Origin: a virus
Lineage: Duplodnaviria > Caudoviricetes
DNA length: 26,296 bases
Strand: one strand, 5' to 3'
Virus record (IMG/VR): IMGVR_UViG_3300017784_008157
Location: 1-26,296 of that record
Below are positions 1 through 8,971 of the stretch, piece after piece. A program made the translations under genes and the position numbers. The notes under the pieces are model-generated. The model was given only the letters and a program-made list of their open reading frames with translations. It was not told the DNA's origin and searched no databases. Numbering within the stretch: position 1 is the first letter of the stretch; the number at the start of each line of letters is the position of its first letter.

Positions 1-30
1 GATTACGCTCTTGTTATATATTATTGAATA

Positions 31-2391
31 TTAACCGACTAGCTCGTTAAAATTAGTACTGGTACGGGTTGCGTAGAAGTTTACTAATATAAACTCTGCA
101 GTTCTTACTGGCTTCAAATAGATATCTACTACTAACTCGTTTTGATCGATAACATCTGGTGTATTATTACGTTCATCGCAAACAATTAAGTAATCATATA
201 ACCCTTCAGTGTTCTTTGCGTTTTCAAAGATTGGTCTTAAGGTATTAACGACTCTTGTTCTAGTTAAGAGTGTGTTTGGCTCGAATACGAAGAACTTTGA
301 AGTTGACTCAGTAGCTTTTTCGAGATTTAAGAAGAGTCTTCTTACATTAATTCTATCAAATGCACTTGGCTTCTTTAACATTGTCTTTTGGCCATACATT
401 ACAAAACCTTCATTCGGGAAGAACGTTACCGGGTTAATAGAAATCTTATAAAGTTGATCTCTTTGCTTTTGTTTTGGATAAATTGCAATATCTGAAACAC
501 CGCTAATAATACCTCTTGTAAAGCCTGCTGGTGCAAACCATGGCTGGAAGTTTGTATCTGTATTTGCCATTGCTGCAGCTGCAAAACCAGAGAATGGTAC
601 CCAGCAGAAGTCATCTAAGGTATTATCAAATACCTTTACCCAATTGCCATAAATTGTAGAGTAACTAGAGTTGAGACTAGCTGTTACATTTCTAATTGGG
701 CTGTACATATTCAATGAGAAATTCTTTGTTGAATCGTCAAGGACTTTAAAGTTCGTTCCTTGAACGAAAATATGTCTTGGTAAGTCACCAATAAACATAT
801 GATCTTTTCTCTTTAGACCTGCAAAGTCTTGGAATCTATTAAAGATTGTTACATAATTATCTTTGAATGTTACCGCAATACCTGAAACATTTTCTGGATT
901 TGTTACTGCTAAGCCTGAAAGATCAATATTTACCGCGTCGTTAAAATAACTACCACCTTGATATTGTTGGACTGCGTGAATTGTTGTTAAACCACCGTCA
1001 AGTGTTAGATCGATATTATATAATTCTGTATTTTCAGCAATACTAAACATTCTATCTAATTTTGTTGGAATTGAACCGATATCTTTATTTTGTAAATTAC
1101 CATCTGCATATGAACCTACTGCAAACATTGAGTCAGCAGCTCCTAAAGCATTATATGCTGCAATCATACTACCAGTTAACTGTGTAATTTGGGTATATGA
1201 TGTTGCGCCGTAAGCTGCAGAAGTTGCTACAAAGTTAGAAAGGATCTTACTTGCATTTGCAAAGTTTTGGGTTACTGTTCTTACTTTCTTTGTCGGGAAA
1301 CCGTTAGTGTCTAACCAACTCTTACCGTTTTTATTTGAAATGTATGGGTTAACAAGTAATTGGATGTTTGGTGAAGTATCTTCTCTTGTTTCTAAGAAGT
1401 AACTTACTGGTTGACCACCGTTTTGTGAGTTAATTTCTCTCCAATAGTCAAGAGAGCCGATATATTTTTCACTGAATACGTAATCAAGTTTAATTGAATC
1501 TGGTGAGAATACTGATTGTCTTAATTTGAATAAACCTACTGTTAAAGTATCGTCGTATTGGCTTGTTGCAATTGTAAATGGACTTGCATCTTCCATTACC
1601 TGCGAAACGCTTGTACCAACATTACCAAAGGTAACTACATTACTTGGTTGGTTATCAGATAATGATGAAAGACTAAAATTTAATCTTGTTGTTGGAACTG
1701 CTGTATAGTTTGATGTACTTACTGCAGATTGTGAAACTGATTGAACGTTTAAAATACCGTCAAAGTTTGTAGCTGGATTTAAATTAGCATTATCCATCGC
1801 ACCAATATAGTAACCTTCAAATAATTGATTGATAGTTGTTTGACCTTTGTTTAATACAATGAAACCAGCATTGCCGAAGTCAGCTGCTGTTGTAATCGAG
1901 TTACTACCAACATTACTCCATGTAAAATTGCCGCGTTGAACGTCGTTGTATTGATTCTCTGTTAATTCAAAGTGGATCGGCTTGCCGATAAAGTACATTA
2001 CGTTAGCTGATTGAGCATTAAATGTAGATAAACCATTACCGAAATTTGGTGAGTCGATACTTACTGCTGAGCAAGGATAAACTAATGCGCCGAAATATGC
2101 ACCGAAACCGGTGCCGGTACTTGCACCGTATGGTAATCTATAAACATTGACTGTAGCAGCGGTATTAAATAGAGGAGCTGCAGTGTGATAAAAATATCTT
2201 TCTGCTGGGGTTTGCGGAACGCCGAAAACTTGTTGAAATTCACTTAAGCTTGTTACTTGAAGAATTTCATCTGTAGGGCCTTGTGGTGCAAAACCAGTAA
2301 CTAATACATTTGTTCCTGCTGGAAGAACTGGTCTTAGACTAAGATCTACTTCTGAAATTTGTACGCCGGGAGATTCAATTGTGCGAGCCAT
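31..2391 (-). CDS. gp18: Contractile tail sheath protein (T4 gp18-like)
   Basis: 786 aa. N-terminal SPGVQISEVDLS; C-terminal WFAPAGFTRG, INPV, GQKT, AFDRINVRRLFL, FVFEPN, CDERNN and KPVRTAEFI are classic sheath motifs. Confidence 0.96.
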   Translation of the reverse strand: MARTIESPGVQISEVDLSLRPVLPAGTNVLVTGFAPQGPTDEILQVTSLSEFQQVFGVPQTPAERYFYHTAAPLFNTAATVNVYRLPYGASTGTGFGAYFGALVYPCSAVSIDSPNFGNGLSTFNAQSANVMYFIGKPIHFELTENQYNDVQRGNFTWSNVGSNSITTAADFGNAGFIVLNKGQTTINQLFEGYYIGAMDNANLNPATNFDGILNVQSVSQSAVSTSNYTAVPTTRLNFSLSSLSDNQPSNVVTFGNVGTSVSQVMEDASPFTIATSQYDDTLTVGLFKLRQSVFSPDSIKLDYVFSEKYIGSLDYWREINSQNGGQPVSYFLETREDTSPNIQLLVNPYISNKNGKSWLDTNGFPTKKVRTVTQNFANASKILSNFVATSAAYGATSYTQITQLTGSMIAAYNALGAADSMFAVGSYADGNLQNKDIGSIPTKLDRMFSIAENTELYNIDLTLDGGLTTIHAVQQYQGGSYFNDAVNIDLSGLAVTNPENVSGIAVTFKDNYVTIFNRFQDFAGLKRKDHMFIGDLPRHIFVQGTNFKVLDDSTKNFSLNMYSPIRNVTASLNSSYSTIYGNWVKVFDNTLDDFCWVPFSGFAAAAMANTDTNFQPWFAPAGFTRGIISGVSDIAIYPKQKQRDQLYKISINPVTFFPNEGFVMYGQKTMLKKPSAFDRINVRRLFLNLEKATESTSKFFVFEPNTLLTRTRVVNTLRPIFENAKNTEGLYDYLIVCDERNNTPDVIDQNELVVDIYLKPVRTAEFILVNFYATRTSTNFNELVG

Positions 2392-2398
2392 ATATAAT

Positions 2399-2404
2399 TA
2401 TTTA
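2399..2404 (-). promoter_or_regulatory. T4-late-like promoter TAAATA, 7 nt upstream of sheath ATG
   Basis: Minus strand reads ATAAATAattatatATG; same motif and spacing recur before many genes. Confidence 0.7.
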
Positions 2405-2422
2405 TGGATTCGCGGGCAAAGA

Positions 2423-3016
2423 TTATACTAAATCAACAGAGAATTGAGAAAAGGCAAACTCAAAAGTTGTCTCGATTTCATTTTCTTCCCTATAGTTATA
2501 TGTAATATCTCCTAAACTAACTGGAAACGCTTTTGTATATGTAAATTTAACAATATTTTGATCGAATTCGTCTTTAGCATATACGGTAAAATCAGTTTGA
2601 TATTCAGACGGTGCTAGTTTTTTAGTCGATAGTGTTTCTTTACTATCATATAATGAATATTCAGGATCATTTAATAGTGCAAGCCACTTATATAATACCC
2701 AATAGTTATTAAATCTATTATCTACAGTAAAGTTAACTATAATATTCGGGTATGGGTCTCTACTATGGGATGATACTTTATATGATTGACCACCATACTC
2801 AGCTATTTGCTCTCTTACTTCAACTGTTGGTATTAAAGTTCCATACACTGAAAATTGTAACGCATCTCTTTGAAGATAATCATTATTTCTCAAACCAGTC
2901 ATATCTAATTTGCGTAAAATGGGGGGTAGGTTTAAAACTAATAAAAATTTATCAACTCTACTCTTATTAAGTTGTGATTGAAGTATTGGGTCTGGTTTTG
3001 TATAGGGATCTATCAT
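2423..3016 (-). CDS. Tail-tube-fold protein, probably tail completion/sheath stabilizer (T4 gp3-like)
   Basis: 197 aa with gp3/gp19-family pattern VNFTVDNRFNNYWVLYKW...KFTYTKAFPVSLG...FEFAFSQF. Adjacent to sheath; start overlaps terminase stop (ATGA). Confidence 0.7.
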   Translation of the reverse strand: MIDPYTKPDPILQSQLNKSRVDKFLLVLNLPPILRKLDMTGLRNNDYLQRDALQFSVYGTLIPTVEVREQIAEYGGQSYKVSSHSRDPYPNIIVNFTVDNRFNNYWVLYKWLALLNDPEYSLYDSKETLSTKKLAPSEYQTDFTVYAKDEFDQNIVKFTYTKAFPVSLGDITYNYREENEIETTFEFAFSQFSVDLV

Positions 3017-4695
3017 ATAAGTTGTTTAAAACCTTGTTGTTTTAGGTATTCCATATCTTCACCACCCTGTTCAACATTGCCGAAAAAAGAAGGCATGGCT
3101 GAATTGCCTTCTTTTTGATTGTACATTGAACCTGGTGATGTATAGTATTTAATGCCGAAGTCTAATTGCTTTAAAATTAGTGGTCTATTATTATTATCCA
3201 ATTTAATGACCTCAAAATGTTTAGATACTAATGATTCATCTAATATAACTAGAGCCCAAACTAGCGACATTACTCTATCATCATGATAACCAGCACCTTT
3301 TTTAGCTGACCAATGACCATTACTACTTCTAACAAAGTCTTTCATTTCTTTTAATGTTCCTAAATCTCTAATCTTTACTACTTCAAGCTGATTAACCCAA
3401 TATCTCATATTAGTAACCCCGGTATACTTAGTATTGGTATGGTTAACAATACCTAACTGAGCTTTAGAACGGCCTGCTGCTGCTGCGCCCCACGATACTA
3501 TATTATCATAGTTGTGAATAGATCTTAAATTATCTACTACTTGAGCCCCACAGTTATTTCTCTCTACAGCTACTAAAGGTTGTCCCCACTGTATTAAAAT
3601 TTCAAAAAGTTTTTCTGTAAAATGGTAAGGTGATATACCAGTATTATGATATATGGCAACTTGCTCTATATTAGTTAGATCAGAAATCTTTAAAACTTGA
3701 ATTACCGATGCGTCTTTATCTACACCTTCACTAACATCAACCCCTACTACATATATAGTATCGTCTTTTGGCTCTTCAAAGATATGATAATGTCCATCTT
3801 CCATAATATATTTTGGATCATTGACATTAACCTTTAATCTATCATATAACTCTTCATTAACAGCGCTTTCCCCTGAATCTAAAAATTCACAATTAAACTC
3901 TTGATTAAAAGCATCTAAACTACCCATTGTAGCTATAGTCTCATCTTTCCATTTTTCATCTCTACCTGGAATTTCATTCCATAAAATTTTATCACAAGCC
4001 CAACCATTCCTACCCATATTAGCACCGGTATATAAAGTATGAAATAAATTTCCAGTGCCATTTGCAGTAGATGCAATAAAGATTTTAGACTTCTTAGATG
4101 AAGATACGATTGGATATACTGATTTCCAAAATTCTTCAACTAAATGCGGTTCAATAAACGCTAACTCATCTAATATAAGAACGTTGATAGATTGACCTCT
4201 AGCAGCGGTACCGGTTGTAGTAGATATACCTATTCTAGTACCATTAGCTAATACCATAGATGTTTTACCATACTCTTTTACACCTGGTTTAAGCCAATTT
4301 GGTAGTTCTTCATAAGCTAATCTAATTCGTCTAAATATTTCGATAGCAGTCCCTTCTTTATTAGCTACAACAAGTATACTTTGATCTTTTTGAAAACAAG
4401 CAACCCATAATGCATAAACTGTCATTAGAGTTGTTTTACCGATCTGTCGACTAGCTAATAAGATAAAAAATCTATTATCACGCATTCTTCTTAGAACGCG
4501 TTTTTGACATAAATGTAACTCAATTGTCTTCTTACCATCATCAAGAGTAACGATATGGAAGAAGCTTTCCGCAAAGTGTAATATATTTTTTGTACATTTT
4601 TCTAGATCTCTAACCATCTCAGGGGTATATTCAAACTCAGCATCAATAGTTGGTAAATTTGGGTTATTTAAATACGTTTGTTTGTTTTTAAGCAT
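3013..4695 (-). CDS. gp17: Terminase large subunit (T4 gp17-like)
   Basis: Walker A ASRQIGKTT, Walker B VLILDELAF, coupling motif ASTANG, FNQEFNCEF, RNase H-like nuclease VGVDVSEG and HDDRVMS. Confidence 0.96.
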   Translation of the reverse strand: MLKNKQTYLNNPNLPTIDAEFEYTPEMVRDLEKCTKNILHFAESFFHIVTLDDGKKTIELHLCQKRVLRRMRDNRFFILLASRQIGKTTLMTVYALWVACFQKDQSILVVANKEGTAIEIFRRIRLAYEELPNWLKPGVKEYGKTSMVLANGTRIGISTTTGTAARGQSINVLILDELAFIEPHLVEEFWKSVYPIVSSSKKSKIFIASTANGTGNLFHTLYTGANMGRNGWACDKILWNEIPGRDEKWKDETIATMGSLDAFNQEFNCEFLDSGESAVNEELYDRLKVNVNDPKYIMEDGHYHIFEEPKDDTIYVVGVDVSEGVDKDASVIQVLKISDLTNIEQVAIYHNTGISPYHFTEKLFEILIQWGQPLVAVERNNCGAQVVDNLRSIHNYDNIVSWGAAAAGRSKAQLGIVNHTNTKYTGVTNMRYWVNQLEVVKIRDLGTLKEMKDFVRSSNGHWSAKKGAGYHDDRVMSLVWALVILDESLVSKHFEVIKLDNNNRPLILKQLDFGIKYYTSPGSMYNQKEGNSAMPSFFGNVEQGGEDMEYLKQQGFKQLI

Positions 4696-4703
4696 GAGCG
4701 ATA

Positions 4704-4713
4704 TAAATATTTA
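4704..4713. promoter_or_regulatory. Palindromic TAAATATTTA: overlapping divergent late-type promoters
   Basis: TATAAATA at 4702-4709 (+) is 5 nt before ATG 4715; TAAATA on the minus strand (4713-4708) is 12 nt before terminase ATG 4695. Confidence 0.6.
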
Positions 4714-4714
4714 C

Positions 4715-5608
4715 ATGTCAACTTCTAAGAACCTAGTGGATATATGGGATATATACTCTAAGACAGTTTTAAATGAAAAAGCTCCAGCTCAAAAAGCTAC
4801 TAAATTTGGTAAGAAAGAAGGTCCAGGTGCTGTAGACCGTAACGATATCAAAAAAGCACAACAAATAGCTAATAAAGATACCTCAGGTCCTAGTGCTGCT
4901 GAGGGTGTCAATACTAATATAGTTGATATCAAAAACCCCAAACATAAAAACAATCCTATCTTAGCAGGATTAACGTTTGGCGAAAAATTCGATAAAAATA
5001 TTGAAAAAACATCGAACGCTAAGATAAATAATTATATGAAATCTATTTTCGATAAATTGTTTGAAGAAGTTATGGATGGTAACGATGCAGCAGATCTTAA
5101 CGCTCTTGGCGTTGGTGCTGATGCAAAATCAGAAGGTATGGATGATGCTAGTAACGGCGACACAGATGAAGGCCACAAAGTAACATTAACAGCAGATCAA
5201 GTTGAATGCTTGAAAGCAATTTTAGCGCAGATTGAAGGGTCTGATACAGAATCCGAAGCTGATGGCGATGAAAGTTTTGAAATCGGTGGTGATGAAGATG
5301 CAGAAGGATATACAGAAGAAGATGCAGAAGAACATGCCGATGATGACGAAGAAATGAAAGAAGCAACAGAGATGAAAGAAGTTCCAGATTCAGCAGGCGC
5401 ACATTTACAAAAGCATAGCTCAATAAAAGTCGGTGATAAGACATCTAAACTTGCAAAATCAGGTAAAGCTGATGGTAAAGTAACGTCAGAAGTTGACGGT
5501 AAAGGTAAAGACTTAGCAGATTCAGCTGGCTTAGGTTTAACAAAACATAGTGCAAATAAACCACATAGCAAGATTAAGGGTAATAATCAAGAGTTTTTCG
5601 GAGTATAA
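4715..5608 (+). CDS. Acidic hypothetical protein, possible prohead core/internal head protein (about 297 aa; start revised from TTG 4682)
   Basis: Open frame; perfect TATAAATA just upstream; D/E-rich middle and K-rich ends; followed by an intrinsic terminator. Function is inference. Confidence 0.7.
   Translation: MSTSKNLVDIWDIYSKTVLNEKAPAQKATKFGKKEGPGAVDRNDIKKAQQIANKDTSGPSAAEGVNTNIVDIKNPKHKNNPILAGLTFGEKFDKNIEKTSNAKINNYMKSIFDKLFEEVMDGNDAADLNALGVGADAKSEGMDDASNGDTDEGHKVTLTADQVECLKAILAQIEGSDTESEADGDESFEIGGDEDAEGYTEEDAEEHADDDEEMKEATEMKEVPDSAGAHLQKHSSIKVGDKTSKLAKSGKADGKVTSEVDGKGKDLADSAGLGLTKHSANKPHSKIKGNNQEFFGV
5025..5030 (+). promoter_or_regulatory. Internal late-type promoter TAAATA, 5 nt before in-frame ATG 5036
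   Basis: ATAAATAattatATG is nearly identical to the sheath upstream region; ATG 5036 is in frame with 4715. Confidence 0.5.
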
Positions 5609-5635
5609 GAAGTATTACCAAAATAGATTAAAATT

Positions 5636-5663
5636 AAGCCTGCAGTAATGCAGGCTTTTTTTT
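5636..5663 (+). terminator. Rho-independent terminator
   Basis: AAGCCTGCA-GTAA-TGCAGGCTT perfect stem with GNRA loop, followed by a T run, 28 nt after stop 5608. Confidence 0.9.
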
Positions 5664-5666
5664 GCT

Positions 5667-5672
5667 TAAATA
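5667..5672 (+). promoter_or_regulatory. Late-type promoter TAAATA, 5 nt before GTG 5678
   Basis: TAAATAatattGTG immediately after the terminator. Confidence 0.6.
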
Positions 5673-5677
5673 ATATT

Positions 5678-6022
5678 GTGACCTTTAAAGACTATTTTGT
5701 TAAACCTGATTTAAGTATAAACGGTACAAAAAGAAGACACCGTGGACCTATACCCGGTGCTAATACTAATCGTAAGCATCAAAATATAGTAGCGGCTAGG
5801 TATAAAACCGATAATAGTAAAAATCAAAAGATAGAAATGATAAAACAAGGCAAGGCAAGTAAATTTGATTGTGATGGTAAAGACTTACAATATATCACAA
5901 CTACGTTTTTAAAAGGAGCTGCTCCTGTTCAAGGTCAAGAATATACTTTAGGTGGTAAAATGGGTATCAAACTCTATCATAATGGTAATGCTTGGGTTAT
6001 ACAGAAAGACTTACATGCCTAA
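5678..6022 (+). CDS. Basic hypothetical protein (about 114 aa; GTG start, MTFKDYF...)
   Basis: The listed ATG 5648 lies inside the terminator stem. In-frame GTG 5678 follows TAAATA, and the N-terminus resembles the MKTFKEF-type starts common in T4-like virion proteins. Confidence 0.65.
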   Translation: MTFKDYFVKPDLSINGTKRRHRGPIPGANTNRKHQNIVAARYKTDNSKNQKIEMIKQGKASKFDCDGKDLQYITTTFLKGAAPVQGQEYTLGGKMGIKLYHNGNAWVIQKDLHA

Positions 6023-6878
6023 TTATAAAGATAATTGCTTTCCTGGGGTTGTAGATAACGATATATTTTGTTTTAGATACACTGACAAAGATGTAACTGA
6101 TAACGAACAATATCTAATGAGCAATTATTGGAGGGAGCAAATTAATACCTACGGTACAAAAATTACATATTTTGTTAACTTGTATGATGTATTAAAGGCT
6201 GATAATTTATACGGTGAAGATCCGACTAGAAGATTTTCTGAAGGTGTACCTTTAATACTTGCAGTTGACTTAGCTGAAAATGCAAATGTATTGAGCAAAT
6301 TTGGGTTTCAATCTGATGATGAATTAACTTGTTATATTCACCTTTCTTCATTCCAGGATGCAATGGATGGTTTGGGTGTTGAGTTAATTACCACAGAGCT
6401 TTCAACGAAAAATAATGAAGAAAAAATTGATACTGAAAATGGTTTTGATTTAAGAACAGAAGACCCGAAAGGTTTTGAAACACAATTTAATGAAATACAA
6501 CCAAAAGCAGGTGACGTATTTCAGATGACTGAATACGGTAGAGGTAGACCGGGTAACAGAAACGGTAAGATGTTTGAGATTACTGAAGTTTTAGACCAAG
6601 ATATTTCAAGAACAAATCAACTCGGTGGCCATTATGTTTGGATTATAAAAGCTAAACGTTATGACTACAGCTTTGAACCCGGCTTATCTGCTGAAAAGGG
6701 TAGTCAACAAGTTTACGACAATGCTCGTAACGGTATTTTATCCGGTGGTAGACAAGACCCTTCAGAAGATAAAAAATATCAAGAACAATACCCGTTAGTT
6801 TCGATTGATCAGGTAAGTGAAAAGGTTGTATTTGATATGCCTAAAAATAATAACACTAGCGTTTATGGTGGTTATTGA
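6015..6878 (+). CDS. gp14: Neck / head-completion protein (T4 gp14-like)
   Basis: Motifs DNLYGEDP..F, LSKFGFQSDDE, QPKAGDVF, FEITEV, NQLGGHYVW.IKA.RYDYSFE match gp14. ATG 6015 overlaps the end of the upstream gene. Confidence 0.8.
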   Translation: MPNYKDNCFPGVVDNDIFCFRYTDKDVTDNEQYLMSNYWREQINTYGTKITYFVNLYDVLKADNLYGEDPTRRFSEGVPLILAVDLAENANVLSKFGFQSDDELTCYIHLSSFQDAMDGLGVELITTELSTKNNEEKIDTENGFDLRTEDPKGFETQFNEIQPKAGDVFQMTEYGRGRPGNRNGKMFEITEVLDQDISRTNQLGGHYVWIIKAKRYDYSFEPGLSAEKGSQQVYDNARNGILSGGRQDPSEDKKYQEQYPLVSIDQVSEKVVFDMPKNNNTSVYGGY

Positions 6879-7093
6879 GTTGTAAGGTAATCTACCATAC
6901 TTTCTGCTTCGGTATTATTATTAAACGTTAATTCGAACGTTTTATTACCGTCAGTTATAATATACTTTACTTTATTATCTTTAAGTATAATATTATATAT
7001 GCTATACATTTGGCCGGTAGTAAAATAATTTTTAACTGAGCCTGATAACTTAGGCTTTACCACATAAAATGCAAAACCTGGAATATATTTCAT
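6872..7093 (-). CDS. Hypothetical protein (73 aa)
   Basis: ORF coupled to upstream gene by ATGA overlap (7090-7093). Confidence 0.65.
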   Translation of the reverse strand: MKYIPGFAFYVVKPKLSGSVKNYFTTGQMYSIYNIILKDNKVKYIITDGNKTFELTFNNNTEAESMVDYLTTQ

Positions 7094-7485
7094 TTTTTTG
7101 CTACTTGTACGGACAACATATCGATCTTTTGGGCCATTTCAACAATAGCTTGGTCTTGTTTACGTCTATCACCGTTTTGCATATTTAAAAAGATAGATGT
7201 TAAACTAGATACTACAACTACTACAATTGCTGTTTTAAACTGCCAGGAATTTCTTTCCCTTTCTACATTTGTTTGACGACCGGCCTTAATCATATCCTTC
7301 AATTCAGATAATTCTATTTTTAATTCCTCCTGAACGTTACGCATCTCAATATTTAATGTCGTAACTTGTTGGATTAAGCTAGGGCTACCATTTCCGTCAC
7401 GTATAAGTTTACTTAAAACTTCAATATCGTGTTTAATATTAATAATTTCCCTATTTATATAATCAATAGCTGTGTTTCTAGCCAT
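7090..7485 (-). CDS. Coiled-coil protein with single transmembrane segment (131 aa)
   Basis: Heptad-rich N-terminal part; hydrophobic TAIVVVVVSSLTSIFL; TAAATA (7495-7490) 4 nt upstream of ATG. Confidence 0.7.
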   Translation of the reverse strand: MARNTAIDYINREIINIKHDIEVLSKLIRDGNGSPSLIQQVTTLNIEMRNVQEELKIELSELKDMIKAGRQTNVERERNSWQFKTAIVVVVVSSLTSIFLNMQNGDRRKQDQAIVEMAQKIDMLSVQVAKK

Positions 7486-7492
7486 CTAATAT

Positions 7493-7741
7493 TTATTCAT
7501 CGATATTAACACCGTTAACAAAGTTATTAATCTGATATTTCATATCACGTTCCCGTTCTTTAATATACTTTTGAAACGCAAGAGGTTTAACCCAGTCGGT
7601 ATTTTTATCTGGATTCATTCCAAGCTGTTCAGCCTTATCGCAAGTCATATTTACCGCTTCATATAAGCAGGCAAACCTTGCAAGAAAGTCTATATTATTA
7701 CGATAATCAATTTCTGGTTCAATATTAGTCTCGTCCATCAT
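7493..7741 (-). CDS. Hypothetical protein (82 aa)
   Basis: ORF tiling a minus-strand operon; overlaps upstream gene end. Confidence 0.65.
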   Translation of the reverse strand: MMDETNIEPEIDYRNNIDFLARFACLYEAVNMTCDKAEQLGMNPDKNTDWVKPLAFQKYIKERERDMKYQINNFVNGVNIDE

Positions 7742-8132
7742 ACAACGATTGTAATATAGTTCCTAAAAGAACAATTTTTAATTCTTTTTCTTTTATTTCA
7801 AAATTTTTCATTACTTGAAGGTTATTTGTAATATTATCTTTAAGGATTTTTTTATTTTGAATATAAACTGCCTGAATATCTTTATCAGCAATATCTTTTT
7901 TAGAATTTTCTAAAATACCGTGCAAGGTTTCTTGAAAAATTTTTATAATTGATGATTCTTTATTTTTTTCAATGTTAATTCCGTCTTTAAATTTTAAAGA
8001 TTCTTCAGGAGTTAATGCTAACAGGCTAACTATATTTGCGTAAACTTCATTAAACGTTGAAATCTGTTTAAGTTGAACAATACTTGTTAAAGAGGGTGAA
8101 ACTTCGGTTGTAAGTTTTTCGAGATCGGTCAT
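7725..8132 (-). CDS. Hypothetical helical protein (135 aa)
   Basis: ATGA overlap with upstream gene at 8129-8132. Confidence 0.65.
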   Translation of the reverse strand: MTDLEKLTTEVSPSLTSIVQLKQISTFNEVYANIVSLLALTPEESLKFKDGINIEKNKESSIIKIFQETLHGILENSKKDIADKDIQAVYIQNKKILKDNITNNLQVMKNFEIKEKELKIVLLGTILQSLYDGRD

Positions 8133-8506
8133 TTTTTAAAATATATTGGCTCTGTTACAAGAATAGGTTTGACATCTATAATAGCTTTAATACTTTTATC
8201 ACATTTGCTACATGTATATGTAATATCTTGATCAAATCTCATAATAACTTCTTGTTTATTTTTATCACCGCAAGGGCATTCAATGAATGCGACTTGTTTA
8301 TTAGCTTCAATAAACTGTTCTATTTTAATTTTTTCAGCCTTCTCTATTAAACTATTTTGAATAGATGTATTAATAAAGTAAAATATAACTAATTGAAGAA
8401 TAAAGGTAAGGGTAAACACTAACAACCAGTGGTTAATAAAAATTAAAGCAAATAAACCACTTATAAGTGATGTTATACCGAGTGATATAATTAATCTTTT
8501 AAACAT
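8129..8506 (-). CDS. Membrane protein with two N-terminal TM helices and C-terminal Zn ribbon (125 aa)
   Basis: Hydrophobic LIISLGITSLISGLFALIF and WLLVFTLTFILQLVIFYFI; CPCG...CSKC motif; TAATG coupling at 8506. Confidence 0.75.
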   Translation of the reverse strand: MFKRLIISLGITSLISGLFALIFINHWLLVFTLTFILQLVIFYFINTSIQNSLIEKAEKIKIEQFIEANKQVAFIECPCGDKNKQEVIMRFDQDITYTCSKCDKSIKAIIDVKPILVTEPIYFKK

Positions 8507-8934
8507 TAAACAATATTATCTACAATTGCACTAATTTCAACTACGTTTTTAGATATTTTTTCATTTAATCTATCCATATTATCAAGTCTGCTTTGGATTT
8601 CATTAACACTTTCCATATAAACCTTCTGTACTTTAGGGTTCTTTTTACTTTGATTTAAAAGTTCTTGAATTTGCAACAGACTTCTCTTTAAATTCATGGT
8701 TATAATAGTAATATCAGCAATAATATCACCTGTTTTATCCAAAGGGTCTAGTATTCTACTAGGAGCTTCAAAATTACTATCACTATCATTAGACTTCATT
8801 AATGCAGCCACATTATTTGCCTGCGGGCTGCTATCGCCTTTAGAACTTTGATTTGCGGTAACACCAGATTGATTCCTATTAACATTCGGCATTCTATTGT
8901 TATCACCATCTTCCATTAAAATACGCCTTTTCAT
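8506..8934 (-). CDS. Hypothetical protein, disordered N-terminus and coiled-coil C-terminus (142 aa)
   Basis: ORF; TAAATA (8946-8941) 6 nt upstream; starts MKRRILME. Confidence 0.7.
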   Translation of the reverse strand: MKRRILMEDGDNNRMPNVNRNQSGVTANQSSKGDSSPQANNVAALMKSNDSDSNFEAPSRILDPLDKTGDIIADITIITMNLKRSLLQIQELLNQSKKNPKVQKVYMESVNEIQSRLDNMDRLNEKISKNVVEISAIVDNIV

Positions 8935-8936
8935 AT

Positions 8937-8963
8937 TAAATATTTAAGAGAAACTAATAAATA
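8937..8963. promoter_or_regulatory. Divergent late-type promoter region
   Basis: Palindrome TAAATATTTA at 8937-8946 (minus copy 6 nt before ATG 8934) and TAAATA at 8958-8963 (+), 8 nt before ATG 8972. Confidence 0.6.
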
Positions 8964-8971
8964 ATAATAAT

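Noticed and set aside
209-1708. Short ORFs 209-451(+), 426-614(-) and 1526-1708(+)
   Set aside because: Shadow or alternate frames wholly inside the sheath gene; no independent signals.
4682-4714. TTG 4682 or ATG 4694 as start of the acidic protein
   Set aside because: Both overlap the terminase start and lie upstream of the TATAAATA motif; ATG 4715 fits better.
5148-5571. Antisense ORFs 5148-5444 and 5197-5571 (His/Leu- and Ser-rich)
   Set aside because: Mirror of GAA/GAT-rich acidic codons on the + strand.
5648-6014. ORF-track starts at 5648 and 5952
   Set aside because: 5648 is inside the terminator stem; 5952 gives a long overlap. GTG 5678 and ATG 6015 are preferred.
7493-7741. Faint resemblance of the 82-aa ORF to gp33 (LYEAVNMTC...)
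   Set aside because: Too weak to call by eye and context does not support it.
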